This document shows, in pieces, positions 23,340 through 35,521 of a DNA stretch of 64,000 nucleotides. The number at the start of each line of letters is the position of its first letter. Positions within the stretch are counted from its first letter, which is position 1. The translations under genes and the position numbers were made by a program. Below the pieces are notes generated by a model. It searched no databases. It was not told where the DNA came from and saw only the letters and a list, made by a program, of their open reading frames with translations. The stretch is from Isurus oxyrinchus (taxonomy: Eukaryota), in the NCBI GenBank assembly GCA_026770705.1, contig JANJGN010000089.1, positions 1,302,001 to 1,366,000 on the forward strand, written 5' to 3'.

Positions 23340-26300
23340 TTCGCCTCAGAAGATAAAGAGATGAATCCTGTTCTGCCCGATTGCACCTTGTGGAGTGGGT
23401 AACAGGTAAAATCTTGCATGATCATCACCTCTACAGACAATGATGCACACTCGTCCAAGGTCCCTGGTTGAAATCTTGCCATATTTGTCTAACTCAGTAA
23501 TGTTCTTGCTGCAGTATCTCCAGCTGTAGGCAGAAGACTCTCCCTGTCGTTAGGACTGTTCTCTTGAACCTCTTTGGCAGCACAGGTTATTGAGTGCAAA
23601 ATTCTTGGCTCACATGCCAAACGACGCTGGCAGGTTGGATCTCTCTGTTAAAAGTGTCGTTGGGAAGTAGTTGCTTTAGTAGAAAAGTGTTTTCAATGGT
23701 GCGGGTGCCTCATTCCTCCTCACCATTGGAACATGAACCCTTGGAGAGCTGGTATGTTGTTGAAACCCGGAATGGGAGGAGAATTGAGTGAAGACCTCTT
23801 TAGAAAATTGTCGGCCATTATGGGACACCACCTGGTGGACAATGCAACGTCTCTCAATTCTTCCTTCAGGGACTTAACGCTCACCTCTGTGTTCGTCCTG
23901 TGTAACTCCTTTGGTTTGATGCACTGGGAGATGTCGTCCACCACGAAGAGGTGGACTTTTATTTACATACGAATAAATGCATTCCTTAACATTTGCATGT
24001 CTGGTAGGTAACTGCTGGCGGTTAATGGGGTCTCTCTATCCCTCTCAGGACTGGTTTGTGCGAAGCCTTTTGGGTGATTCCTTAATTTCAGTCAAAACAC
24101 TGCAGACAGTACCCGTGCTGTCCGCTCTGTAATGCCCCGGTGGCCTTGGTGGATTCGTTGAAGAACCTCTGGCTGAAGGGAAACTGAAATGGCTAGTTCT
24201 GAACCAGCAGATCATCTATCACAGAGAATTGTAGCTCCTGTTCAGAATGTACATTCATGATGTTGCCAGTTGGCTTCAGCAGTAGCCATCCTCGTAGACC
24301 ATAATTGTGGATGTCGACACACCCACCTTTCCACAACTTCTCCTTCCATGTTTGCTGAAGCTTTCCAGAGGTAGTTGATATTAGTTTTTTGAACAATTAT
24401 GAACCAGATTCCAGCTCGTCGACCTGGTTGACATTGAGGCCGAAGGTAGGTCGCCTGTCTCTCTTGATAGTGTGGCTGCAGTCGTTGGTGTTTCTGTTGA
24501 ACTGATGCTGTACTGTATGTAAAATGAATGAGGCACAAGCAGAATTTCTGAAATCTAGGGACATCTTCTGAGGTTCTTTCTCACGAGCTTCAGGTTAACA
24601 ATGGAGTCAAGGAACATCAAACAAGTTCACTTGGCTGCCACATTTTGTAGAATGGCATGGTGTGTTTCTGTGTCGGACAATAATGTCATTATTGGCGGCA
24701 TCCATCAAGCTGCACCTGGAATAAACTGCTGCTAGGCCTCTCGCCATGGCTTCCAATGCTGTTTTAGTGGACAGAGATAGATCGTAGCCAGCCAGCGTTG
24801 ATGGTGAAAGCAGCATCTCTTTGATGTGACTGAATTCTTGCTCTTGTGGGCAGCACAGCACCAGGCCTGGGCCTTTTTGAAGTGCAGGTCAGCGGAGCAC
24901 TCTAATCTGGGTCAGGGTGTGCAGAAATTTCGCTAAATGGTTCACCATGTGAAGGAACCTTTCCAGGTCTGGAATGGATAGAGGTATCGGGAAAGCCGTG
25001 ATTTCCTTTGTTTTGTCGGAGTTCAGCACGATGCCTTTGCTGCTCACAATAAGGCCTAAGAACTGAGTAGAGGTCATCGAAAACTTATACTTCTCATGTA
25101 GTGTCAGGCCTGCTTCCTGAAGCTTTCTAAAACAAACGTGAGCCTCTAGTAGTGTTCCGCAATTGTAATACTGTGGACAATAACATCATACATTTGACAG
25201 ATAGCATCCTACAGAACATGAAAGATCACTAACATTGTGCACTGATAAACCTTGATGCTGGGGTAATACTGAAGGCAAGCATTTGGTGCAGGATTCAGCA
25301 AATTGAGAGTTAGGGCTAGTCAGTAAGTTGGAATCCTCATCTCTTGAAAGTTGCCAAACTCTACGGATAACATAGTTTTTGGATAGTTTGTCAGGCTGCC
25401 GCCCAGCAAAGACATCGGGTTGACTTGTCTCACCACCAACTTGTTGAGTTGTGGAAGGTTGACACAGATTTGAATGAACCCTTTTGGCTTTGGAACTCTT
25501 TCGGCTGAATGACGGGCCAGATGGCCCCCATTTTAGTCATCTCTTTCAGTTGTTGTTTCAACTGTTTTATAAGCATGTTCAGAATATTCCGTGGTGTGAG
25601 CAGACACAGGGAATTGGTATCATTTCATAATGTAATGTTACGTAAAATCTTAAGTCATCCTAATTAAGTGAAAACTTTCCAAATCTCTTTCTTAAAATTA
25701 GAAACAAACACATGTTGAGTGATCTCTTTTTTTAAGGAGGTTGAGGTCGACAAAGGCCTTCCTGTTAAGGGGTTTCTTTTTTTTTTTGACTGAGGTGTTC
25801 AATTATTTTCTACTGTATTTGCTTCGTTTGATATTGGAGTGTTGCGTGCATTGTAGCTTTAATTTGTGTGCTCATTTGCGTCTCATCTGAACAGTGATAG
25901 TGTATGTGGCCTCAGATGTTGCTACACCAGCTATGGATCCTTATCTTAGAGGACTATCGCCATGGCTCCGATGGACAATTTGAAGTTGTTGAGGTGAAAG
26001 TTTTGAAAGAAGTCAGCATTGCTAAAATTAGATCTCGGATCCATTGGATACTTAATCGCACTCAAGAGGAAGCTTCTGACTCTTCCTGGTCTGACAAACC
26101 AATTGTTTGAGATTCTCCACATGACAGAAAATCTTAGCTTTACACAGCTTGCCAAAGTGCTCCAGGACTGCCAGTTGCTGTTGAAGTACTGCCAAGAGAT
26201 TTCTGGACATCGTTTTCACCTGTGAGGACTTTTGGCTCCATAATGGTGACATTTCCCCCAACAGCCTGTGTGTGTTTAGGTGTTGCCTTCCTTGGACTGG

Positions 26301-26960
26301 AGTCTCCCTGCCATCTGCTGCTATGTAAGCTGGACAGTTGGATTTACTCTATTTCATAACTTAACTTTGTCATGTAAAATGAAGCAATGTTTTTGGCAGG
26401 TTTCAGCATTCCTCACTATTTGGATGGTTTTTTCTACGTCTAATCCTATTTTCCCTGTATGGGAAGGGACATCATCAACCACCCTGGCTACTATACCGTC
26501 TGTGATGGCCTCTGGCTTACGACAACTGTCGTCACAGACTTCCTCCCATATGTATAACTCATTTATTAAAAGGTTATCGGACTCTTCAGCTTTATGCACC
26601 TGCTTGTTGAAGTTTCCTCGCGCTACAATTTCATTGCTTCTTAAATTACGATAGGTATCGAAGGATTTCAAAGCCTCATGAAATTTATGTGAAGATTAAT
26701 TACATTTTTGCCTCAAAATGATGTAATCGTTTATCATTCCTCCTGATTAAACTTTTACGTTCACTTCTTCGGCCTCTGTCTCCTTACCTGAAGCTGTCTA
26801 TGCCTCAAAAAATGTCAGCCAAAGAAACCAATTCTGCGCCTGATCTTCCCCTTGGATAAGTAAAATTGGCCTGGTAGTGTTGATTTATTATCCATGGTTA
26901 TTCGTTTATTTTCAGCAGAAGGCAGTATAGATTTAATTGATGTTGCTCTTTTAGAAGGTG
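23340..26960 (-). mobile_element. Ty3/Gypsy LTR retrotransposon internal region (gag-PR-RT-RNaseH-IN), pseudogenised
   Basis: Domains appear in Gypsy order on the minus strand: gag (LYIWEEVCDD; zinc-knuckle relics KCHHYG and EHFGKLC), protease FKLSIGA (cf. FKLDTGA), RT (IQICVNLPQLNK; ICQMYDVIV cf. HMDD; QFLGLIVSSKGI; LERFLHMVNHLAKF), RNase H (LAGYDLSLSTK), integrase (RIHQGHRGI). No LTR pair recognised. Confidence 0.88.
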
Positions 26961-27499
26961 GCGTTCAGTTACCATTTTTTTCACATCTTACGCGCTTGTC
27001 TTGTTTTGGCCGGTTCATACGCAATCACGGACCCAATCACAGAGCGATTTATTATCTTTGAAGCAAGCCTTTGAATCCACCATTTGGTCTTTCTCGACGT
27101 TTTCCGAGAGTATTTCCCCGAGCAAAAGTGATTTGCGTGTTTCACTGAGGCATTAGACGTGTTTTTTTTTTTCAAACGATTTAGGCCGCCGACTCGCGGT
27201 CCAAGCTGGCTGCGGTGATCAATGAAATTGATTGTTCTGCACAATTGATGCCCTGAATACTTTTAAAGACCAGTTCAGCCTTTGACCCATGTCTTAAATA
27301 TTATTTTGTTTGCTCGCCTTCGCGAACTGGCTAGGTTCATTGACTCTGCAATGGATGGGATTACACAGTGGCACAAGACGTGCTCTGTTGGAGTCCTTAA
27401 TTTGCCCATGAGCCTCCAGGTATGCTATAGAGTTTCTCCTTAGGCGTTCTCCAGATGTTCCCTTCAGTTCTGTTGGATTCAGGCAGGTCAGAATGGGGC

Positions 27500-28900
27500 T
27501 GCATTAGTATTTTGCTATGGAATGTATGCATATTCTACACTTTGAAATTAGTTCCATCATGTCAGCCATTAATATGGACTGTACATAGCTGAGACCCAAA
27601 TATTCATCCATCTGTAACCGCAGTAATTGCAGCCTGCCAAGTTGAAAATTTCTCTTTCCTTCCTAATCTCGGTTGTCGGCCCAAAAATCATTTCTTTTTC
27701 CCTGCTAATATATTACGCTAAATCCCATAAATTCTAAATAATGCCAGCACCTTTAAGATTACAAAACGGATGCTCTCTGAACATCGAATTTTAACATTCA
27801 CTTGTGTTCCCCTTATCCTCCACATAATTAAACCCTCGAAAATGCTGATGAGATTGCCACATTCAATTTCCCCTTCACAAATCCATGTCGAGTTTATTGG
27901 ATTATATTATGCTTTTCCAATAGTTCTATTTGCACAATCCGAATAGAAAAAGAAATTGCGTTCCCTAGCAATGATGTTAAGCTAATAGTGCCTCGTTTTC
28001 TTTCTTGCACCCTTCCTATATATTCGGGTTTCTTACCTTTCAATACTTGGGAACTGTTCTGGATTCTAAGTAATTCTGAAAGATCATATCCAATGCATCC
28101 GCTATGTTTGCAACTACCTCGTCTGTAAAACTCTACTCTCCAGCCAGTAAAGTCTGGGTTATTGCTGGCCACTTAGTGCCATGAATGTGTCGAGCGTTTT
28201 TGTTGATGCAGATGCCCGCAAGTTCCTTATATTCACTTGATATTTGACTTTGCATTGATTCTGCATCGTTTCTGAGGCATCTCCCCATCCTGCATTATAT
28301 TTCACCTTTAATCTCTGTCCAATGGGTCAATGTTTACTCTCACAATTGATTGCTTTTCTCAGCTGCATACTTTATAGAAATTTTTAGAACCTTTTTAAAA
28401 TAAAAATAGCAGTTGGTGCAATATCGCATTTTCTTTAGTCTACCCTTTTAAACGTTAGGTCCCCTCTTACTGAATACTAAAATCGTTTCATTCCAATGAT
28501 TTAGTAGTCAGCCTGGCGACATTATGCTATATTTAAATCTCATTTTCGTTATCGTTACGCCACTTATCTTTTGTTGTGGGGCTGGTGTACCCTAAATGAA
28601 TTTATACGTGTTTAAAATTGTGTAGTCGTTATTTTAATTTTAACTGTTGTTTATCCTGAATCATATGTTTAAAATCCATAACTACGTTTGACAGCTCGCA
28701 TTCCAGTTCAATCTGTTTGCTATTTCGAGAGTCATCATCCGAGATTCAGGGTAAATCACATCATTTCCGAAAACAAAATCTTAAGTTCGACCATATTATT
28801 TTCGCTCTTCCTTAGAAATATTTTTTGTAAGCTTATTAATTAACCTTCGTTATTGCACACTCGTAGTTCTAAAATGGATCTAAACTAGGTCAAGTACCCT
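27500..28900 (-). mobile_element. very old CR1 ORF2 fragments
   Basis: Antisense relics such as NPDFTGWRV (cf. SPGPDGLHPRV) and RGTISLTSLLG (cf. NYRPVSLTSVVG). Confidence 0.5.
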
Positions 28901-29129
28901 TGTTGGGCCGTCGACATACTGATACGCAAAATAATCATGTATACGTTGAGACATATTTCCTCTGGGATTCTTTTCTGTTGATGAATTTCAATGGCAGGTG
29001 TTTCGTTGACTGACTTGTTCAATTTTGACATTGTTTTTCTGAATGCACTGAAGTGGCAACAGCTCTTTGTTTGTTAAGTGCCTATAACTAACGCGAAATG
29101 TTGTGCAAGCTGCTTTACTCATCTGGGCA

Positions 29130-29145
29130 CCAATTGTATTATAAA
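29130..29145 (+). promoter_or_regulatory. candidate CCAAT/TATA core promoter of the GPCR gene
   Basis: ccaat at 29130-29134 and tataaa at 29140-29145, about 80 bp upstream of the ATG; positional evidence only. Confidence 0.3.
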
Positions 29146-29222
29146 TGCGATCTCATAAGGATCTCAGTTAAATTCCAATCGGAATAGCAATTCAGGACTG
29201 CACACGAAGGTTCTTCTGAAAA

Positions 29223-29292
29223 ATGGAGCGGCCAATAATTCTACAGATCAAGGATATTTACTATCCCGTGCTCGTAGCCATTGGTACTCCTG
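29223..29292 (+). CDS. GPR139-like GPCR, coding exon 1 (MERPIILQIKDIYYPVLVAIGTP + G)
   Basis: ATG in good Kozak context (aaaATGG), family-typical IYYP-L---G-P TM1 start, and a phase-1 donor G|GTAAAT at 29293. It joins exon 2 in frame (G+TG = Val) to give GTPVNLL. Confidence 0.85.
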
Positions 29293-30149
29293 GTAAATCA
29301 GTGTATCCTGCTGTCTGATAGCTGTTGAATATATGATTATATTCAGAATGAGATTCCCCTCCTTAGCTCATTTATCCAGGGCCATAACTTGTTAAATATG
29401 CACGGAAAAATGTAGGAGCCCACCTCTAGCTGAGAGGCTCTGCTTGTTCGGCAGATTAGTGGAACAGGTCTCCTCACTTTAATAAGACAGGTCAAAGCTG
29501 ATTTGCCTCAATCCAAAATTTGGTAGATCATTAAATGAATTGTACGTTTTTATTCATCCCTAGAATTCTGGCAAGCTCGGCATTTTTTGACGATCGGTGC
29601 TGGTTGACATGCTGATCGCTGAGTACTTTAACTCGATTTTTCTTCTGACTGCAACTCCGTACGGTCAACACAGGCCTTGATTTTTTTTTTATCAATATGT
29701 TTGTTGCTCCCAAACTTTGGGCTGGAACTTTTCAACTTTTCGATCAGCACCCGCTCAGTTTCAGAGCAGCTCCCTCTCTCGGCTTGTAAACACGAACAGA
29801 GCAGCGTTTTCAAATATGTTGAAAGATATTTATTCTCTGCTCAATATTTCATTTGAACTGGTTTTTTCCCGTTTATTGTTTGGAAATTATATTGAAAGTT
29901 AATAGCATCGATTGCCGCTCGCACGATGCTTGTCTCCAAGTAAGTGGCCGGAAAGAAATGTAAAGTTCAGTGATTTGCACCGTGGGCCTGCAGTGGGAAC
30001 TCAGAAAATTGGGGAGGTAGACCTTCCTGTGCAAGCTCCAGAAAACGATGTTTTAGCGCTCACAATTTAGCAAACAATTATCCATTCATATATATGTAAG
30101 ATAGTTATTTTACTATAGGTTAAATTTAAAACTAAGTTATAGAACCATC

Positions 30150-30490
30150 CAATGTTTAATATTAAGAACATTCTTTCTCCAGAACTGCAATGCTGCTGCG
30201 TGGCACTCGCATCGCATTGTTTCCTTTTCAAATTTGCCTTGTCAATGAGACCCACCCCCTGGCTTCCTGAATTCTATTCCGACTACACACCGGATACCCA
30301 AAACTGTTGTAGCCCGTGCCATGTGATATTGTTCTCTTTCTTCCATTGAGGTCTTACTTTTCACGGTCACCTCTCTCCTCAAAAAGGTCATTTTACCCAG
30401 AGTCCTGCCCCAACTCCAAAACCCATATCCTGTCTAAAATCCTGAAATGCATTGTTGCCTTTTTAATTTTGAGCACATATTTTTCAGAAT
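30150..30490 (+). mobile_element. L2-type LINE RT fragment (intronic)
   Basis: cctctcctcaaaaag and ctgtctaaaatcctgaaatgcattgttgcc resemble PLLKK and LSKILERVVA. Confidence 0.45.
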
Positions 30491-31004
30491 GCCATGCTTG
30501 AGTTCCTCGAGAAAGATTTCAGCTCAACAACATACCAAAGTTTATTTCTATCAAAGTAACACGTTAATTCTATATAACTGCAAAAGTCTGTGCCGAGCTT
30601 CCTGGACCTACCTGCAGATGCAGTTGACCAATCCATCCTGCTCAAACGTTCTTCATTGTCTTGTAGTGAATTTGAGACTGCACTCTCTTGGTTCCATGGG
30701 AATGGGTGGATTGATCATGGAAAACTTTGTTCAAATAATTTGGAGACCTTTTTGCAAAGAGATAACAGAGACGGTTGATGACGACAATGCTGTGGATATG
30801 GTGTGCATGGACTTCTAAAAGGCATTTGATGCTATCTCATCAAACAGACTTTTTGGCAAGGTAGCAGCTCATGCAATAAAAGGGACAGCAGCATTGTGGA
30901 TACAGAATTAGCTGAGGAAAACGAAACAGGATGACTTGCTGCAGGTTTATTTTCGGTCTGGAGGAAGGTTTATAGTGGAGATCCCTAGTGATAAGAATGG
31001 GGAC

Positions 31005-31225
31005 AAAAATTAAAAAAAAAAAAACAGGAAAAACTCAGCAGGTCTGGCAGCATCTGCGGAGAGGAACACATTTTACGTTTTGACTCCTTAAGATTCTTGA
31101 ACACAACTCGAAATGTTAACTGTGTTCCTCTCCGCAGATGCTGCCAGACCTGCTTTGTTTTTCCGGTTATTTTTATTTTTATTTTTGTTTTGGATTTTCA
31201 GTATCCACAGTTTTTTTGCTTTTCT
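31005..31225. repeat. palindromic Penelope-tail-derived element with perfect 34-bp inverted arms
   Basis: 31037-31070 agcaggtctggcagcatctgcggagaggaacaca is the exact reverse complement of 31121-31154. The arms match the terminus of the Penelope element at 37951-38030. Confidence 0.85.
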
Positions 31226-31505
31226 ATCAGTATTGGGGACAATTGGTTTCCCTGATATTTGTTAACAACTTTTGTTTACATGACAAAATTCCAAACGTTG
31301 CAGATATATAAAACCTTGCGGTATTTTGAAATGTGAGGAGGATGGTTAGAACATCAAAGGGAGTAGAATAGTTGGTGGAATGGCCGGACAGTTGGCAGAT
31401 TATGTTCAATGCAGAGAATTGTGAAGTGACTCATTTTGGCAGGGAGAAGGGAGATATACAAAAAAATGTACAGCTCTAAAGGGTGTGGATTGGCAGAGAG
31501 ACTAG

Positions 31506-32010
31506 AGTTCAGAATAAATTAGTATTGCTGAAAAAATACATGTTGTCAAAGATGTTTGCCTTGCAATCATCAGGACAATCGCAAGAATATCAGTCAGGGG
31601 AGCAACAGTTGATACTGTATGAAAAGAGAGTCCTGAATGTTTGACAAGTAGAGTCTGAATGGTAGAGGCTATGCTTGGAAAATTCTCCAGCTAATGGTGA
31701 CTGACGGTTACCTGCGAAGAATTATTTCAAATTATAAAACATGCAGCTTGGCTCTCATTCTTCAAGGCATTACCCCACGGAAAGGACGAGGGAATGGCAA
31801 TGACTATTTTGTTTAACTGAAACAGGCGCTATGCGTGCACATGTTCTTTCTGTCAGAAAAGAAAGGAGAACTGTGTACAGATACACTGCGATCCCGACTG
31901 ACATTCTTAAATTGGTTGCCAGCGTTATACTTAACATGGTGAGGAATATTTAGCAAATGCTGTCCAATCGCAGAATCACATCTTATTCTAACACTATCCT
32001 TTGAGTTTTG
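31506..32010 (-). mobile_element. Penelope-like element (second family): GIY-YIG C-terminus + 3' pseudo-LTR
   Basis: Minus-strand peptide RIRCDSAIGQHLLN...NQFKNVSR; tail with cctgatgattgcaaggcaaac (degenerate hammerhead core). Confidence 0.72.
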
Positions 32011-32059
32011 AAAAACGGGCTGTTTCGTAACGTCAGTATTTTCGCGTTACGAACAGCAA

Positions 32060-32340
32060 AGGAATGTACTGTTTGATACGAGACCTGCCGGATTGTATCA
32101 AACAGCATGTTGCTTCTGTTGTGTGCTCGGACAAGTTGCAGACTGCACCCAACGAGCGAGTGTTTGAAGAACTCCTAACACATTGTTCCAACATGAGATG
32201 TTATTCTGCAATTGGACAGCGTTGCCGAAAATTTACCCTGACGTTCCTATTCATGCGAATGCCCTCAAGAGTGCAAGCGGAAAAGCTTTACAAAATGTCT
32301 TTTTTCAAAAGTACTCAAGTTCTGTACTATCAAACGAATA
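32060..32340 (+). mobile_element. Penelope-like element (second family), internally deleted inverted copy
   Basis: LPDCIKQHVASV...SNMRCYSAIGQ peptide and tail gagtgcaagcggaaaagc...gtactcaagttctg, homologous to 31506-31580 in the opposite orientation. Confidence 0.68.
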
Positions 32341-33169
32341 TTTGTTCATGAATTATTGTAGTTGGCACGACATGTTGACAATGCAGTGAAAAATGCGGAC
32401 AGTATCCTGGGATTTATCGAAAGTGTACAAGAGCGAGGCATTAATCTTGCACTTGTAAAAGGCCTAAGTTCGGCGTCAAAGCCGGGAATGCGTCCAGTCT
32501 GGGCGCTTCAGGAAGGATGAGAAGGCATTACAAAGAGTGCTGAATAGATTCACGAGAATGGTTCCAGTGATGACGAAAATTAATTCTGAAGAGAGATTGC
32601 AGACTTTGGTACTGTTTTCCATGGAGAAAGGTAGATTGAGAGCAAGTTTGACGGAGGCATTCCAAATCATGAGAAGCCTGGACAGAATTGAAAGTGATAA
32701 TTTGTTCCACTTGTGAAAGGATCGAGAACGAGAGGGAACAGTTTTGATGTAACTATTAAAGGAAGCAAAAGTGATATAAAGAGAAACGTTTTTATGTAGC
32801 CCGTGTTTGGGTTTGGAGTGCACTGCCCGAGGCTTTGGTGAAGGATGATTCCACTGAAGGTATCAAAGTGAATTGAACAGGAAGAACGTGCAGGGTTACG
32901 GGAAGAATGGAGGTGGGGAGAATAATACTAGGTGAGTTACTCATTTGGAGAGCTGGTGCAACCACGTTGGGCCCGAACAATCCCTTGATTCCATGTGATT
33001 CTGTTTCATTTAATCATAGCCAGAGAAGGTTGCAATGGTTTCTCTTTCCACATCTGCGTCCTTAGCTCTGATATTCAAAGCACTCCAAGGATTTCTACCT
33101 GCTGGCTTCCTATTTCACATAAACATGCTTCCCCTAGTCGAAAAAAACCCTAAAACGTAACAATAGTTT

Positions 33170-33512
33170 TCAAATGAACAGGGACTCCATCAGGAGCTCT
33201 CCGAGGCTCCTTCAGCAGCATCTTCCAAGTCCACGGCCATCTAGAAGGACAATGACAACTGCCATGTGCGAACACTACGACCTAGAATTTCCCCTCGAAG
33301 CCACTGATCATCTTGACATGGAAATATATTGCCATTCCATCATTGTCACTCGTTCAAAATCCTGGAACTCCCTCCCTTACAGCTTTGTGGCTGTACCCAC
33401 ACCACATTGGATGCAGCAGTAGAAGAAGGTGGCTCAGCATCATGGGCATTTAGCGATGCACAACAAATGCTGGCCTAGCCAGCGAATCCCACATACTATG
33501 AATCAATTTAAA
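33170..33512 (+). mobile_element. 3' end of CR1-clade LINE (second family)
   Basis: RLLQQHLPSPRPSRRT and SKSWNSLP; tail gctggcctagccagcgaatcccacat. Confidence 0.8.
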
Positions 33513-33514
33513 AA

Positions 33515-35012
33515 GTGCACTGATGACATCCAGCTCTGTCTCACCATCCAACTTCTCGATTACTCCACCTCGACTAAATTATGAGGCTGCTTTCCCCACC
33601 CATATCCAGTAGTGAATGATCAGACATTTTCTCTCATTAAATATCGGAAAGCTGGAAGCCATTGCCTCTGTTAAATTTGACTATGTTCCTCTGCTGAAAA
33701 GTTGTCTGGGGCTAAACAAGGCTGCTTGCAAACTGAATGTGGGAGCTGACCTTGAGATTAGCTTTTGATGACATATCCCTTCTATCTCGTAGCCGGTATT
33801 TATCCATCTTCGCAACATTTTCCAACTTTGCCAAGTCCCAGCTGATCTGCTGTGGAAACCTTCATTCTATAGTCTTTGTTACCTGAAGTCTTTGCTGTTC
33901 CAATGCACACCTGCCCCTCCTCCTACATTCTGCCGCTTTTAAACTTGTGGTCATCCAAATCTCTGTTACCCGAGTCCTTATCAACAACAAATCACGTTCA
34001 CTGATCATGCCTATGCTTGCTGGCCTAATACATCTCCCGATCAATCAAATCCTTCATTTTAAAATCCTCATCTTTGCTTGCAAGCCTCACCTTCCCCACT
34101 GTTACGATATAAAGTATAATTCTTTGTTCGGATATGATCAATATTCGTGGAATTAAAGGAGACAACTGATTATAAATGTCACTTTATTACATTTACATAC
34201 CGACAAGCAATAACATCACGTCCTTCTGCTCGTCGGGGACACCGTGGTGACGGCTGTTCGAGAGCTATCCTCATGTTCCTTGGCACTCGTCGTGAACCAG
34301 TTTCACTGGTGAAGGCCCAATTATTGTAGCAATAATCTCACATCCTTCTACAAATTGTAGACAACGTGGTGGCGGCTTGTCCAGAGATATCTTCAGGTTC
34401 CTTGCCACCGGTGGTGAACGCAGTGCATAGGTGAATTCGGAATTCGACTAGATGGTGCCCGCCTTTATAGAATGGTATAAACAAAGGACTTATCTTGTTT
34501 GCTACGTTCTTTCTCGTGTTAGTCACTGCCAGCTGTTGTTAGCATGTATTAGACAGTTTATACTATATTAACCCATGAATATTATGTTAAGACTGTGACA
34601 ATCCGCAGATTCCCACATTCAGCCTCCCTCCTCCGTCCAAACCCCAAAACCCATTACCACAAGTTCTCACCCATTTTATATCTGAAATCTCCTCCAACTC
34701 CACGGACCGTGATGACATTTCCAACCTTATGAATCGGGCATCGTAGACATTTCCAGTTTTAATTGTTCCAGAATTCGGACCCTGTTTTGGACTTGCTCCC
34801 TGAATTTCCAACCACAAACATTTCCACCTCTCTACGTCTCTTCTTCCTTTCACGATGCTCCATAAAGTTTCACTCTTTGACCAAGCTTTTTGCCACCGTC
34901 CTAAGTGTTCCTCAATTGCTCCCTATCTATTTTGATTTTATGGCACTTATTTGAAGAGCCTCGAGAGATTTTATAACGTTAATGGCACTATATACATATA
35001 AGCTCTAGTTGT
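33515..35012 (+). mobile_element. L2 LINE 3' part, interrupted at about 34100-34592
   Basis: ctgatgacatccagctctgt (ADDTQLY-like), ITPMLAGL-HLP and FKILIF; L2-like 3' end aatggcactatatacatataagctctagttgttg. Confidence 0.7.
34100..34592. mobile_element. candidate solo LTR inserted in L2
   Basis: About 490-bp CpG-richer insert starting TGTTACG that interrupts otherwise colinear L2 sequence; terminal CA and TSD not clean. Confidence 0.4.
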
Positions 35013-35521
35013 TGCCACTTACATCCCATCCTTCCTTAACATTGGAGTTGGTTGCATTTCAATCATGGAAAACAAATGGCTGTAGAAGAATTACAGATAA
35101 ATGACTACAAATAAAACGACTCATATTAAAATATCAGCTGAAGTCGCAAGCCTGCCACAATCAGCCTCCTGCTACCAAGCATTCCCCTACAACTGCTACA
35201 CCGCACCATCCCTGTTAGTGACTCCTGTCTTGGGTTATTAGAGTCTGGGTCTCTTTGATGTAGGTCGCTCACTTTCAGCATTCCCCTACCTGATTCCGAA
35301 AGACTCTGTTACCTTTTAAATGAAATATGTATGAAGGGCATTCAGTGTTAAATTGTTTATTTGATTGGGGAAAAAAGTGCCATCAATGCTTGCCTAAAAT
35401 TCTGGAAGGAAACCGTGCTGTCAATTGCAAATAGAAGCACATCTGTAAATTTCCCCGCAATTTATGGCCAGGTGTTCCTGAGTGTCCCCCATTATTTAAC
35501 TCTTCTCCCTCTTTCTTGCAG

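Larger units (their letters stand above)
30690..33000 (+). mobile_element. CR1 LINE 3' half interrupted by Penelope-derived inserts (intronic)
   Basis: AVDMVCMDF*KAFD, SKFAD-like ccaaacgttgcagat, cgtccagtctgggcg (CVQFW) and a CR1 3'UTR ending near 33000. Confidence 0.85.

Noticed and set aside
23300-27000. Intact or domesticated Gypsy-derived gene
   Set aside because: Catalytic motifs are mutated (protease DTG, RT DD), with many stops and frameshifts
27180-27270. Resemblance to 5.8S rRNA (gctggctgcggtgatcaatgaaattg) or to the histone H2A 5' end
   Set aside because: The match is short, gapped and ambiguous between two unrelated templates, with no flanking rDNA or continuing histone frame
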